DNA of 64,000 nucleotides from Eledone cirrhosa (lineage: Eukaryota). Below are positions 1-11,899 of this stretch, piece by piece. The stretch's first letter is position 1; every line of letters begins with the position of its first letter. The notes beneath the pieces were generated by a model. That model saw only the letters and a program-made list of their open reading frames with translations. It had not been told where the DNA came from and did not search any database. The position numbers and the translations under genes are program-made. The stretch lies in contig OZ024742.1 of NCBI GenBank assembly GCA_964016885.1, positions 46,066,001 to 46,130,000 on the forward strand. The letters are read 5' to 3'.

Positions 1-275
1 CACAGAGTGGGTGTAACTAAAACATACTGAAGAGGGAGAGATAGGGGGCGTAACTAAACCACACCGAGGGAGAGAGACTAGATCATACTGAGGGAGGGAA
101 AGATGGAGTGTAACTAAAACATACTGAGGAAGAGAGAGAGCGTAACTAAATCATACTGAGAGTGGGGAGAGAGACCATGACCAAAACATACTGAGAGTGG
201 GGAGAGAGAGCGTAACTAAGACATACTTTGAGAGGGGTTTGAAAGTGACTAAAACATTCAAGGAGAGAGAGACAG
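1..275. repeat. Degenerate minisatellite (~33-40 bp units, core CGTAACTAAAACATACTGAG plus GA-rich spacer)
   Basis: About 8 recurrences of (g/c)taactaaa-catactgag. Confidence 0.8.
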
Positions 276-497
276 AGAAAGATTAAAAGTAATAAAGACG
301 TATTTAAGGGATATTTAAGGTGGTGTGTTGAAAGGGAGATAACTCCAAAGTGTCTTCACAGTTATAGGAACAATTACAGCATAACAACATGAAAGACAAT
401 CTTTATCGGTGGGACAAATAATTTTAATTCACTATTATTTTCTCTTGCCCAGTATGCTTTTTTTTTGTAGAAGAAATGTCCGTGTCCTTATCACTGA

Positions 498-565
498 GTA
501 AATACGCATATATGTGTGTAAATACGCATATATGTGTGTAAATACGCATATATGTGTGTAAATAT
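498..565. repeat. 20-bp tandem repeat (GTAAATACGCATATATGTGT) x3
   Basis: Directly visible. Confidence 0.9.
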
Positions 566-710
566 ATAAGGTGATTAACGAGGTTGTTCTCAGTTCAATC
601 CCAGTATATTGCACATGGCATTCGGCAAATATCTTTTATATTCGGCTAGACTAAACTTTGGGAGTGAAATTTGGTAGACAGAAACTGCGGAAACCCGTTC
701 TGCCCCCCCC

Positions 711-756
<46 letters not shown>

Positions 757-843
757 GTGTTAAACAATATTCAATGATTATGTCAAAGAATGAGTTTTAC
801 AGTAGATTGGAAGCACTCTACAAAAAATAATTTTCCGGAGTTA

Positions 844-907
<64 letters not shown>

Positions 908-1096
908 GTGGAATTGTGTGTATCTGCGAAAGGTGACCGGTTAAAAGTCGATGCGCCGAATAAAAACAGGTTTGCATTTAACTTGAGTTACGTCCCTTTA
1001 CGTGAAGGTTAATTTTTGTACACCCCCAACAGAGCTGAAGTTAAAGTATACAGACACACATATACATAATGTATAAATGTGTGTGTGTGTATATAT

Positions 1097-1542
1097 CACA
1101 CTTACACCTCTCCAAGACAATGTCACAGTAATACAGAAGACCCGCCTTGCCTAGGTACAAAGCGAAACCTACTACAGTCAGTAGGCACCTCTAACAAAAT
1201 ACACCCCGGCCCCACTACCCCCACCCCATCCACACCACCCCTTCCAATGTAAAGCTATGTTGGTACCACAGCATCCAGTCCGAAACAAATGAGGGCGTGT
1301 CGGTGTCACGACAAAAACACAGAGTCCACGCTGTAATGTGGCCGTGTAGGTATCACGGTAAAAACCTCCCAGTCCACACTGTAAATGTGTTTGGTGTTAG
1401 GAAGGGCATCCAGCCGTAGAAAACCCGCCAGACAGTCCTATGCGAGCAAGACAACCACTCTTGCCTCAAGTGGGAAAACTCCCGTCCAAACCCATGCTAG
1501 CGTGGAAGATGGACGTTAAACGACGATGACGACGACGACGAT
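1097..1542 (+). mobile_element. 5'-truncated 3' end of an RTE-clade LINE
   Basis: Closely matches 60995-61443 (cacttacacctctccaagacaatgtcac ... ggacgttaaacg) and ends in a (GAT/GAC)n tail. Confidence 0.9.
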
Positions 1543-2259
1543 GTATGCAAGCAAATAGAAATAACAAAGCAAATGATAGTACAATGAACAAATGTATTAA
1601 TTTTATGCTTGATATAGTAGGAAACTAAACGGACACCCCCATCAAGCTGGCCGGGTGAGGAGGGTGATTTTTGGGGCGCCCTGTAGTCGGAAAAACAAAG
1701 CCTGTTAAAGAGCAGAGGAACTCATAAGAGTCGACAGCTATCCAAAAGTTTACTAGGAGAGGAAAACTTTGATAAAAATCTTGAGGATGAATCAGTTGCT
1801 GGGCTTCTCAACCTATATTGGGCCATCAGCTTTTCTTGCTGGTTTTGTCTGAAAAGTGGGCGTGGTTTTGTATAAGCCACATCTACTATAATCAAATTCA
1901 CATACAGGAACTTCTTAAACCATTGAATGGATAACATAAAAAAAAAACCTATACTGGTGGAGAGAGCTGTGATGCATATAGGCCTAACAAGCTGGAAGTA
2001 TGTAGTAGCAAACCCACACATAAGTGACTTGGGATATTGGTTCTTTTGTCTCCAAACTTAGGCAATGATGTGAATGAGCAACCTTTTCCAGGGATGGCAC
2101 TGCTCATCTGCTAGCAAGAGAGACCTAGAAAAGATGGTCAAAACAAAGTTTGCCTATATCTAAGCAACTCGGGCTGGCAGCTGTTCACTTATGCAGGCAA
2201 AATACTTGAAACCAAATGACTAATAAGACAAATCATAGACTGAGGGTGTTCTTTAGGTT

Positions 2260-3045
2260 GAACAGCACAGTAGGTAGAGCCATTAAGACCAAGAAACAGG
2301 TGTGGAAAGACTGGAGGTTACAGAGACCAGTACCCGGTAGATGAGAGATTGATGAATGTAGAGAATGAATGGAAGGAAAAGAAACACTACCACCATCTTA
2401 CCCAACAGAGGGACCAGCTATAAAAGTCAACAGTTATAGTGTCAAAGAAGCAATCAAGGAGATGAAGAATGGTAAATCCACAGGACTGTCAGTGATAGTC
2501 ACCGTAGGAGCTAAACTTGTAACCTGCCCCGTCAATCAAGTAATACAGCAGTACAATCATAAATTGTTACAAGGGAAAAGGAGAAACTACAGATGAATAA
2601 AACTAATGGACCAAGTTATGAAAGTGTCAAAGTGTTCTAGTACAGTTAATTAGGGAAATAGTCAAATTAGATGAGAGGAAGTTTGGTTTTGTGTCTGGGA
2701 AAAGTACTACAGATGCTCTTTTCCTAGTGAGACAACTACAAGAGATGTTCATAGCTAAGAATAAGCTGCTATATTTGACTTTTGTTGATCTAGAAAAGGC
2801 CTTTGACAAAGTACCTCAATCTGTTGGTTCTTAAGGAAATTATTTGTAGAAGAAAAGCTTGAGAGCTGTGCAAGCCAGGTACAGATGAGCTGTCAGTAAA
2901 ATGAGAGTAGGAAAGGAGTTTTGTGAGGAAAGATTTCATCAGAGTTTTCAGCCCACTACTGTTCATTATAGTTCTCTAGGTCATAACAGAGGAGTTTAAG
3001 ACTGTCTGTCCATGGGAATTTCTTTATGCAAATAATTTGGTTGTC
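2260..3045 (+). mobile_element. Degenerate RTE LINE ORF2 fragment
   Basis: Broken frames encode EGPAIKV..AIKEMKNGKS, FGFVSGKSTTDALFLVRQLQE, FVDLEKAFD, EEFKT.CPWE, collinear with the 709-aa ORF. Confidence 0.85.
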
Positions 3046-3936
3046 CTGAACAATTTGTCTCTTGTTTGCTCCTTGATAGCCGTGTTGAGGCTCTTCATTA
3101 TAGGTTAAATGAGGTGTTGTATAATTTCTCCTGTTTCTCTCCAAATCAAAGTGTAGACAATACAATACTTACAAACAGGCTAAGGTACATATTTCATCAT
3201 CATCACTGTTTAACGACCATTTTTTCCATCCTAGCATGGGTTAGACAAGTTGTCCCATTGTGAGACAAGCCAACTCAGATGACTGTCTTGCTCATTCAGA
3301 ATTGTTTTCGCCTTGGTTTCTACGACTGAATGCCCTTACTAATGTCAACCACAGTGTGGACTGGGTTCTTTTTGTCATGATACCTGTATGACCACTTTAC
3401 AGTATGGAATGGGGGCTGAGGAGGTATATGGGGATTGGAGAGGTAGATCTAGAATGGAACACTTATCTAGGGACATGGCTGAGGAGTAGAGTGTTATGAT
3501 GTGGGATGTGTATGGTAGGGGGAGGTGGCAGAAAGTGGAACATACTAGATTTATATGCCCAAAACTTATAACTCATGTCGGTTATAACACATGGATCAAC
3601 AGACTGTGTACTAAACACACAGTCACATCATAGATGACACCCAAGCCAGTCTGTTACAATAACTCCTATACATGAGAAAGAAAACATACCCCCTCCCCCC
3701 ACACATATAACAATACACTATGAAGTCAAAAGAATTCCCGTAGACTAACACATACATAATGATAAATATCCTGCTACCACATAACCAGCCCCCAATTTTT
3801 ACTCATTTTCCCCTAAATGAACTAACAATACAACACGCACAACTAATTCCACACACTATAGAGAAACATTCCCTTAAGCAATGGTAGCCGCAGTAACAAC
3901 AACAACAATATCATCAATACGAAAGTATATATTTAT

Positions 3937-4507
3937 TTAGTTTTTTTTTTTAGTTCTTATTTGTAGTGGTGGTCTGTCTTTGGCTTTGTCTTTTTCTCTG
4001 TCTTTCGCATTGTCTTTTCTGTCTTCTGTCTTCCCCAGTTTAGGCAGTTGTAAGATAGAGGGATGGCTCTCTTCATAGTTGCACATGTTGTGAATACACA
4101 AGAGATAGGTCTGTTCACTCTCATCAATCATGGGCATGTTGAAAACTTTTCTTTTGAAACCTGCCTTCATTTGAACAGATATTGCTAACAGAAGAATCTC
4201 AAATGGTTCCTCAAAGAAAATCAAATATACCAGGGATAAGAAGAAAGTCACAGCCCAATGTAAACTCAAAGTGTAGTCATATTTGAAACCATACAGCACA
4301 ATGAAGTAGGATGTAATTAGGCAGAAAGTCACTGTAATAGTCCATGATATATACACAAACCACCAGGGTAGGAACTTGTTGGTTAGTTGGAGTTTTCCAG
4401 CCTTTTTATTCTTTTTCTCCTTCATATTTTGCTTCTTCTCATTACCACCATCTTCCTCCAGATCGACTCTTTTGTCCTGATGATGTTTCTTACCGCTTTG
4501 AGTTTCA
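3937..4507 (-). CDS. Polycystin-like C-terminal segment (TM4, TM5, charged tail)
   Basis: Frame is open from the 1-bp deletion at ~4508 (ETQSGKKHHQDKRVDLEEDGG...LPWWFVYISW...EEPFEILL); AATAAA overlaps the stop (3932-3937). Confidence 0.75.
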
Positions 4508-4900
4508 CACCGCTTTGAGTTTCACCATTTTGACTTTGACTTCCACTACCATTTTGAGCTCCACCACTGCCTTGAGTGCTACCACTACTTTGAGCTCCAC
4601 CACTGTCTTGAGCTCCACCACCGCCTTCAGCTCCACCACCACTTAGAGCTCCACCACCACTTAGAGCCCCACAACCACTTAGAGATTCACCAACACTTTG
4701 AGCTCCACCACCACTTTGAGCTCTACTGGCGCTTTGACTTCCTATATTGCTTTGACTTCCTGTATCGCTTTGACTTCCTATATTGCTTTGACTTCCTGTA
4801 TCGCTTTGACTTCCTGTATCGCTTTGACTTCCTGTATCGCTTTGACTTCCTGTATCGCTTTGACTTTCACTATGGATTTGACTTCCACTATCGCTTTCAC
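4490..4900 (-). repeat. Coding 18-bp minisatellite (hexapeptides QSDTGS / SGGGA[QL])
   Basis: gctttgacttcctgtatc repeated, grading into gagctccaccaccactt. Confidence 0.9.
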
Positions 4901-4980
4901 ATATACTTTCATGGCTATTGACATCATTGTTAATTAATTTCTGTAATATTTCATAGTCTATTTGGTCAAGAGCTGGACGT

Positions 4981-7900
4981 TTATGGATCCAGAAAGAAAT
5001 ACAAATACTTATTTTTCCTATTTGTTGTAAAAGAGTCTCTCTCCATATTTTTGTTGTTTTTGTGGATGATGAGAACATTCTGTAACTTAGGTTTCACCTG
5101 TATGAACAGCTGGGTGAGGATCAAACCTATAGGTACAACTATTAGTGCTGATTGAAGGGAGATCAATAGCGATTTGAGGGATATTGTCAGTTGGTCGATA
5201 TTCCGCTGTTGGCTGGGGTCACTTGACGGGATGCCATGGAACATGATATTGCTTAGCATCAGTGCCAGCAACAGGGCAAAGGTGCATGTGAGACGCAGTG
5301 CATGTGTGAAAGAACTGGGAGGAGCAAAAATGTAGCTAAACCATTTGTGAGACTCCCAGAAACTTTCTAAGAGCTCTATTTTGAAAAGTTTTCTTGAGAA
5401 GGATTTCCCATGTTCATTAGTGAAGGCTTCGACAAGAATGTGTGTCAAACGCAGACCTTTGTTTTCTGACAACCAGTCGGAGAGAATAAAAAGCCACAAC
5501 TCTTTAGTTTGTAAATCTTGCACTGTTATGTAATCAAGTAGCCAATCTGGGCTCTGACCGGAATTGTCATGCCAGATCAGGATCTGTTTTATAGTGCCAA
5601 TTCCATCCTCGGTGGTCAAGAGGAACCAGTTCTTGTCACCCGTCCGGAAGCACTTTTTGTGAGAATTGTGGAGATAGAGCATGGAGCTGCTTATATTAGC
5701 CGCCATCAACACCAGGTAGACCTTTGCTGTGGTACCTGAGCCTGGCCACCATTTCGTCTTGATGCAGACAAGGTAGATATAGCCACTTAAGTCATTGCTG
5801 AGAACAGTCAAGTTACTGTACTCTATGTCATGCTTGTTGATATGCCTTGTAAGATGGAGCAGTCCAATGTAGATCACCCATGCAAATAGCAACACTGTAA
5901 ATACTGTTGGATTTATAAAGAACTCAGCAAAAAGATAAGCATTGTCAATTGGATGTATGAGGTTGGGTGGAATAAAGAAGCTGCCTGATATTGTGGTGGG
6001 TTCTTTACAGGAACATATCATTGATTGACTCAGCTTATCACTGGATAAGTTACAAGGGTTCTCAATCCAAATATTTCTTTCATTATTCCAACGCAGGCAT
6101 GACTTACCCAGCACTCCTACATTCATTGATATTTCCATTTGTTCCAAGATTTTCGCGTCATTTTCGGTGTCCTTCAGAGACCTTGTTACCCTATCGACAT
6201 TACTGTAATTTTTTAATGGTTTAATCATGATGAAGTAGATAGTCTCATTGATCAAGCTAGCTGGCACAAATACCTTGTAGTTCTTGTAATTCTCATTGGT
6301 CACCCTGCTTTCTGATATTCTTTGGATGTCTCCTGAAATTAACTGCTGGAATGACAGTTTCCGAGACAGATGCACAACCACATCAAGACGGAAGGGGCCA
6401 TTGTTGAGGTTAAAAAATATGTAATGGTTGCCGGAGGGGAAAGTTTTCATTCCAACGCTTGGAAGAAAGAAATTTTGAGAATAATCTGGATAAAGAATAT
6501 TTCCTTCGTGACGAAAACTGAATCTTAGATTAATTTTTTTCCATTCTACATTTACTGTTTCCCTGGGAGCAGAAAATTTGATGTATTTTGTACCAATATC
6601 AGTAGAATTCATGTTGCTTTTGTAGGGCTTTATCAAGACTACTGGATAATTTGGCTTCAGTGATTCTGCTAGAGTGTAAGGATTATTGTAAATTACAAAC
6701 ATGCCCAATAACATTGCTTTCTCCTTGTGTCTGTTATTTTGTTGTTCACAGTTGATCTTAACTTGGATTGTTTGGTTATTTTCTGTCACTGTGGAACTAT
6801 AAGTATTTTTGCAAACATCACCAGTGTCAGTGCTGTCTTTTGACATTATAAGTACAGAATTTGGTAACCGAATTTCCTTGGCGTCCGTTATTTGACCCAC
6901 CTCCCCAATAGTCATGCTTATCATGTCTATGACAGACAGCAATTTATTCGCTGATTCTATTGACATTTTTATATTCTCATTCTTAGTGGTCATATCAAAC
7001 CTAGGTTCTATCTCATAGCTACTAAGCATGTAGCTGATCCCTAACACAATGTAGTGAGCCTCACTATCAAATGCTTGTTTTTGCATATTTGAGGCTTTCT
7101 TCCTGAACTGGTTTACAAAATTAGAGTAAATTTTGCCATAGATCATCTTTCCAGTGGCATTGAATTCTCGTTTATTTCTTGTGATTTCATCCATCAACGT
7201 TGATAACTTTGATAATTTCTGTGCCCTCTGAACCTGTAAAGTATATACTTTTTTCAGCAGCCTCACATGGAGGTCAATTAAATATTTAAGTCCTTCTTCT
7301 AGCTCGTTTTCTGTAAAGAATGATTTAGCATCATGAAATATCTTACTTCGGTTGTTAACTTGCTTGGCAAGAGACAACAAAGAATTGATAGCAGTATCGG
7401 TATTTTCGGTCAATGGCACATTGTCAATCTTTTCCCTTAATGCTTTGTCAATAATTGCTGGTTTCACTGAACAGTTAAATGATGACAGAATTTCTAAGCA
7501 GCTTTTACCATTGTTAACATTGTACACATATAACTTGATATCAGCTTGATAGTTTGGCATAAATGGAAGTGTGAACGTAGCCTTTAATATCTCCCCTAGT
7601 TTTTCATTCTTTTTAATGTAAGATGCTGCACCCTTGTATGTTATACTGTAGAACAAATTTCCCTTTTGACTGTAAAGAGAGAGATCTTTGCAAGAAACAT
7701 TGTACAAAGTTGTTTGTTCAAAACCTGACTTTGGATTTAGTTCGCAGTTTTTGCTAAACTCAAATGGCAGAATTTGGATTTGTATCTTGTACTCGTATTT
7801 GTTCAAGTCGACCTTCCTAGGTCTTTGAGGGTTGTTAAGGTTCATGATCACTGTGAATGTAATTAGTTTTGGATAATTGTACTCCAGAAGTTTCAGTGAT

Positions 7901-8256
7901 AGAAAGAGGATTTGTTCACTTTTAATTGTTGCGACAACTACTCTATGACCTTGCCTGTTTTCACCACGGAAGCAGTGTGGTTTCTTATCTTGAAAATTGC
8001 ATTTGAAAGAGGTGTCACCGGACTTGATTTCTTTGGATTCAAGTGCACAGTTGAGTCCATACTGAACACTGCCTGTCTCTCCATTTATTACCAGGCAGTC
8101 TTTGTTGCAGAATATTACCAACTTTATAGTTGAGGAAGGAATGATAGTTAAATACTTTGATTTGGGGATGATGCAGTCTCTTTGAATAGTGCCGTTGGAC
8201 TTCATGAAGATGGCCTTTTTATTGACCAGCTTATCCATGTATCCTTGGCCAAACAA
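4981..8256 (-). CDS. Main polycystin-like ORF (REJ-like/GAIN ectodomain, GPS, TM1, PLAT/LH2, TM2-TM3)
   Basis: 1091-aa uninterrupted ORF with PKD1-family motifs; GPS ~5965-6100, PLAT ~5430-5780. Confidence 0.85.
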   Translation of the reverse strand: MFGQGYMDKLVNKKAIFMKSNGTIQRDCIIPKSKYLTIIPSSTIKLVIFCNKDCLVINGETGSVQYGLNCALESKEIKSGDTSFKCNFQDKKPHCFRGENRQGHRVVVATIKSEQILFLSLKLLEYNYPKLITFTVIMNLNNPQRPRKVDLNKYEYKIQIQILPFEFSKNCELNPKSGFEQTTLYNVSCKDLSLYSQKGNLFYSITYKGAASYIKKNEKLGEILKATFTLPFMPNYQADIKLYVYNVNNGKSCLEILSSFNCSVKPAIIDKALREKIDNVPLTENTDTAINSLLSLAKQVNNRSKIFHDAKSFFTENELEEGLKYLIDLHVRLLKKVYTLQVQRAQKLSKLSTLMDEITRNKREFNATGKMIYGKIYSNFVNQFRKKASNMQKQAFDSEAHYIVLGISYMLSSYEIEPRFDMTTKNENIKMSIESANKLLSVIDMISMTIGEVGQITDAKEIRLPNSVLIMSKDSTDTGDVCKNTYSSTVTENNQTIQVKINCEQQNNRHKEKAMLLGMFVIYNNPYTLAESLKPNYPVVLIKPYKSNMNSTDIGTKYIKFSAPRETVNVEWKKINLRFSFRHEGNILYPDYSQNFFLPSVGMKTFPSGNHYIFFNLNNGPFRLDVVVHLSRKLSFQQLISGDIQRISESRVTNENYKNYKVFVPASLINETIYFIMIKPLKNYSNVDRVTRSLKDTENDAKILEQMEISMNVGVLGKSCLRWNNERNIWIENPCNLSSDKLSQSMICSCKEPTTISGSFFIPPNLIHPIDNAYLFAEFFINPTVFTVLLFAWVIYIGLLHLTRHINKHDIEYSNLTVLSNDLSGYIYLVCIKTKWWPGSGTTAKVYLVLMAANISSSMLYLHNSHKKCFRTGDKNWFLLTTEDGIGTIKQILIWHDNSGQSPDWLLDYITVQDLQTKELWLFILSDWLSENKGLRLTHILVEAFTNEHGKSFSRKLFKIELLESFWESHKWFSYIFAPPSSFTHALRLTCTFALLLALMLSNIMFHGIPSSDPSQQRNIDQLTISLKSLLISLQSALIVVPIGLILTQLFIQVKPKLQNVLIIHKNNKNMERDSFTTNRKNKYLYFFLDP

Positions 8257-9554
8257 TTCACCTTCACACCCATTGTGCTTTTTCCTGATGTGACTTCTGT
8301 TTCATTGTCAACCTGGAAGCTGTCATAAGGGATTATTCCTTGAGAGTTACAGTATAGTGTCTATTGATCTACCATTGACAACAACCACAATGACAAAGTC
8401 ATATTGAAAGCTACAAGACATCTCTTACACACTCCCATAATGTTAACCATTTTGTGACTATATTTGTAATAAGAAAATTTCTTATATGTTTCAAGTGTTT
8501 TTCAAGATAACTAATATTTTGGAATGTTTTTTTTTTTAGTAAAATATCTGTACCTTTATATATTGGTGTGCATTATGTTGATGTTGATTAACTGAAATCT
8601 TATGATATTATTAATGATGTAATGAGATTCTAATTGAGGTTTTAATTTAAATATCATCTCTTTAGCATGAGTAGTATCAGGAAAGTTGGTATTAAAAGGG
8701 TTAAAAATTGTTTATAATAAGAATATTTGATGGCAATGATGTTATAGAATATGGAAGATATCGTGACACCCCCCTCCCCTGCAAACAAAAACAAAAAAAC
8801 AAAAAAAACCAAAAAAAAACCAAACGAAAATGAACAAATAATTATATACATATATATGTGTTTTTAAATAAGAAATAAGAAAGATGTGAAGAGTAACATT
8901 AGTCTTTGTATAAGTGGATTAGTCTGATTTGACTGATGTCACAGCTTAGTTTTGTAGAAGTTGACATATTTTATCACTTTGTTTTGTTACTGGAATAATT
9001 CAGTTAAATTATAATTTAGTAGATCAATATACCATAAATGAGGGCAGAGCATCAGTTTGAAATTCAAGGGGACTGAGAGTTTTTTGTAGGGAAGTGGGTA
9101 AGTAGCATCATATATTCATGTGCACTCGCTAAACCATCAATTGTAGGCCCTGTATATAGCTACAGTTGTTATTTATATTTTTTAAGAAACCAACATCTGA
9201 CCTTGGGTTAAACAACAACTAGGAATCAGGTCAAACACCTGCAATAAAATAAATAGGAAGATGTGTGTGTGTATTGGAATTTCATATTTCTAAAAAATAC
9301 AGTAAATTTATAAATAAACATTTAAAAATCCATAGCTATGCAAAAATACTGGCGGCTATTGCCTCCTGGCAGTGTCCAGCAAAAGCAAGGGGGACAAATG
9401 TCGATGTATTTCGAACTGAACTGGTTCTCACCAGAACGATCCCTCCCACTCTTGCAACTGCTGCACTTGAAAACATGCGAGAAGATATAGTTTTCTCGTC
9501 TGTGTAAATGAGGTGATTAATCTCATTTGCATATGAAGCTGTATAACTTGGCTC

Positions 9555-10090
9555 AACTTATAATAAAATAATGTTTGAACTTCCAATACATGAGCATCCA
9601 ACATACAATTGTCCATAAGAGAAGCAAGGCTCCTCTAATTGCAAACCAGTTACTGGTAATGCCTGTCCCTGTGATTTGTTGATGGACATGGCAAAACTTA
9701 GTCTAATTGGAAACTGTACTCTTTTAAATTGTATTGGTAAATCAGCAGGTATTAACAGAATGTTTAGAATTAATACATTATCACCCACTCCACACCCAAA
9801 GAGTATAGTAGCTTCTATAATATGTAGCATCATTTTCTTCACTAAGTCTTATTCCATTGCACAATGTTGGAAGATCTAAATTTCTTAGAAGCATTATAGG
9901 TGTTCCAAATTTCAAGTCAAGCTTATGGGGAGGTAAACCTGATGGCTCCAGTGAGTTTAAAAACACAACTGGATAATTCACTATTTCTGATTGGTCAACA
10001 ACAGTATCTAAATGATTGGCAATTTCCAGGAAGCCATATTAGGTGATCAAAGTTTATTGCATTTACTGTTACATTTTTCAGGGCTAGCAT
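9555..10090 (-). mobile_element. Helitron RepHel remnant, Pif1-type helicase C-terminus
   Basis: [32 protein letters not shown] and FKRVQFPIRLSFAMSINKSQGQ..PCFSYGQLYV. Confidence 0.9.
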
Positions 10091-10607
10091 TGCCCTATTT
10101 GTTTCAAGCTTCAGTATATCTATGCAGTGCCAGAGTTATGAGGATTTAAAGCATGCACAAATCAATGCTTGCTGAGCAACAAACGCTTTCTTGAGTTTGG
10201 TAAAATAACGTTGGTTGTCATAGAGAGATGTCAACAATGTCACTGCTGCTGCCAATACTAGAACCATAACTCACTCACGGTTACTTCCTTTAGCTTGCTC
10301 TAAAATACAACCACAATGCCCTCAAACAGTATGGAGACTGGTTTTATTCATGGACTAAATATGAAGTAGATATGATATATATACACACATGGAATAGATA
10401 TAAAGAATGTATGACAAAATGTGCTGCAACCGATAGAGGAGAGAATGGATTTTGATATTAAAGCAGGCGTGTGTTGTTGCTTTATGTTGATTGAACACGT
10501 GTTGCTCACTTCTTTTAGTCATTCCTCCTTTCATGCAGGAGAAAGGTAGGGACATTCAATACTAAAGTAATCATGTGTTTGTCACTTTAGTGCTGGCACT
10601 ATGCTGA

Positions 10608-11713
10608 GCTACAACAGCCTTTGGCAGTCAATTTTATTGATTTCCAGAAGGCATTCGACAGTGTACACTGGGAGTCACTGTGGAATGTTGCGCAACTGTA
10701 CGGCATTCCTGCAAGATTCATCACCATTTTCAAAGCCCTGTATGAAAACTCCAGCTGCTGTGTGAGGACTGAGTCCGGTGTGACGGAGTTCTTTGACATT
10801 GTCTCCGGAGTCAGACAGGGTTACATTCTCTCTCCACTATTCTTGCTGGCAGCCGATTTTGTACTAAGGCGAATGGATGAAGGACCCGGTCGAGGAATCC
10901 CATGGAGAGGGCAGTCGAGGCTGAGGGACCTGGCATTCGCCGACGACATCGCTTTGATCGCTGAAAACAGTGCAGATCTGCAGGCCCTAACAACATCTCT
11001 ACAAGAGAGCGGAAAAGATCGGCCTGAGAATCAACACCAAAAAGACCAAGATCATGAGAACGGCCAGCAACACAGGGTCAGTGTTGAGAGTTAACCAACA
11101 GGACCTCGAGGAAGTCGATCACTTCACCTATCTGGGCAGCACCCTGACAGGCAGTGGCGACGCGGAGCTCGACATCAACTGTCGGATCGGCAATTTTCCA
11201 GCGGCTGTGCCCAGTCTGGTCATCTTCATGCATTAGCACCAAGACCAAGCTCTGCCTGTACAAGAGCATCGTGCTGCTGACAGTGCTTTATGCGAGCGAG
11301 ACCTGAAAGAGTGCAGCAAAAATCGAAAGACGGCTGAACGTTTTCCACCAGCGGTGCCTGCGAAAGATCCTTCGTGTGTCCTGGCGTGACCGAGTGTGAA
11401 ACAAGGAGATCCTGCTGAGAGCCGAGTCGTGGACGCTACAGAGAGTGGTCACGGAGCGTTGGTGCCGTCTGGCTGGCCATATTCTGCGTCTGCCAAATGT
11501 CGGCATTCGAAAACAGCGATGAACTGGACTGCACCTGGTGGTAAACGGAGGTGGGGCTGCCCAGGGATCACCTGCCGATGAACATTCCGGAAGGACCTGA
11601 TGACAGTTAACATCACCTAGCACGGTCTTGAAAAAGTTGCTGCTGATCGTGACCGTTGGCGAGTACTTACTGCTCGATGCGCCGAACAGCGCAGAAGAAT
11701 CTAAGCTAAGCTA
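10608..11713 (+). mobile_element. 5'-truncated GC-rich RTE-clade LINE with 10-bp TSD
   Basis: DFQKAFDSV, GVRQG.ILSP, FADDIAL, FTYLGS; (CTAAG)n tail; ACTATGCTGA at 10598-10607 and 11714-11723. Confidence 0.9.
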
Positions 11714-11899
11714 ACTATGCTGAATGCATGTCACTGACTTTCTCTATTTCTGTTTCTTTCTCTTCTCGTTCATGCATTGTTAACTTACTTGCTTAGTTCC
11801 ATCTTTGGTTTTCAGCGATCTATTCACATCTGTTGACTTTCTTTCAAATTCTCATTTCTTCATTCTCTCTATTTTCCCTCACATTCCATCATAGAAATA

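Larger units (their letters stand above)
3937..8450 (-). pseudogene. Intronless polycystin-1-like (PKD1L/PKDREJ-type) gene, frameshifted and truncated after TM5
   Basis: Three collinear ORFs (4981-8256, 4422-5078, 3937-4425) plus a broken signal-peptide-like start (ATG 8450, TAG 8361-8363). Motifs: GPS CLRWN..W...C..CSC, TM1 NPTVF, PLAT YLVCIKT..GSGTTAKV..F.TG..WHDNSGQSPDWLLDYI, TM2/3 RLTC..LSNIMF, TM4 LPWWFVYISW, TM5 IFFEEP. The frameshifts could be assembly errors. Confidence 0.8.

Noticed and set aside
1600-2220. Moderately GC-rich stretch with a 99-aa ORF
   Set aside because: No identifiable motif; probably an unclassified decayed repeat
3860-3936. Hydrophobic stretch (IYTFVLMILLLLLL) as polycystin TM6
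   Set aside because: Out of frame, preceded by a stop, mostly an (AAC)n microsatellite, and no TOP domain follows
4973-5008. Tiny GT-AG intron rescuing the polycystin frameshift
   Set aside because: It is 36 nt; removal keeps the wrong frame and hits a stop
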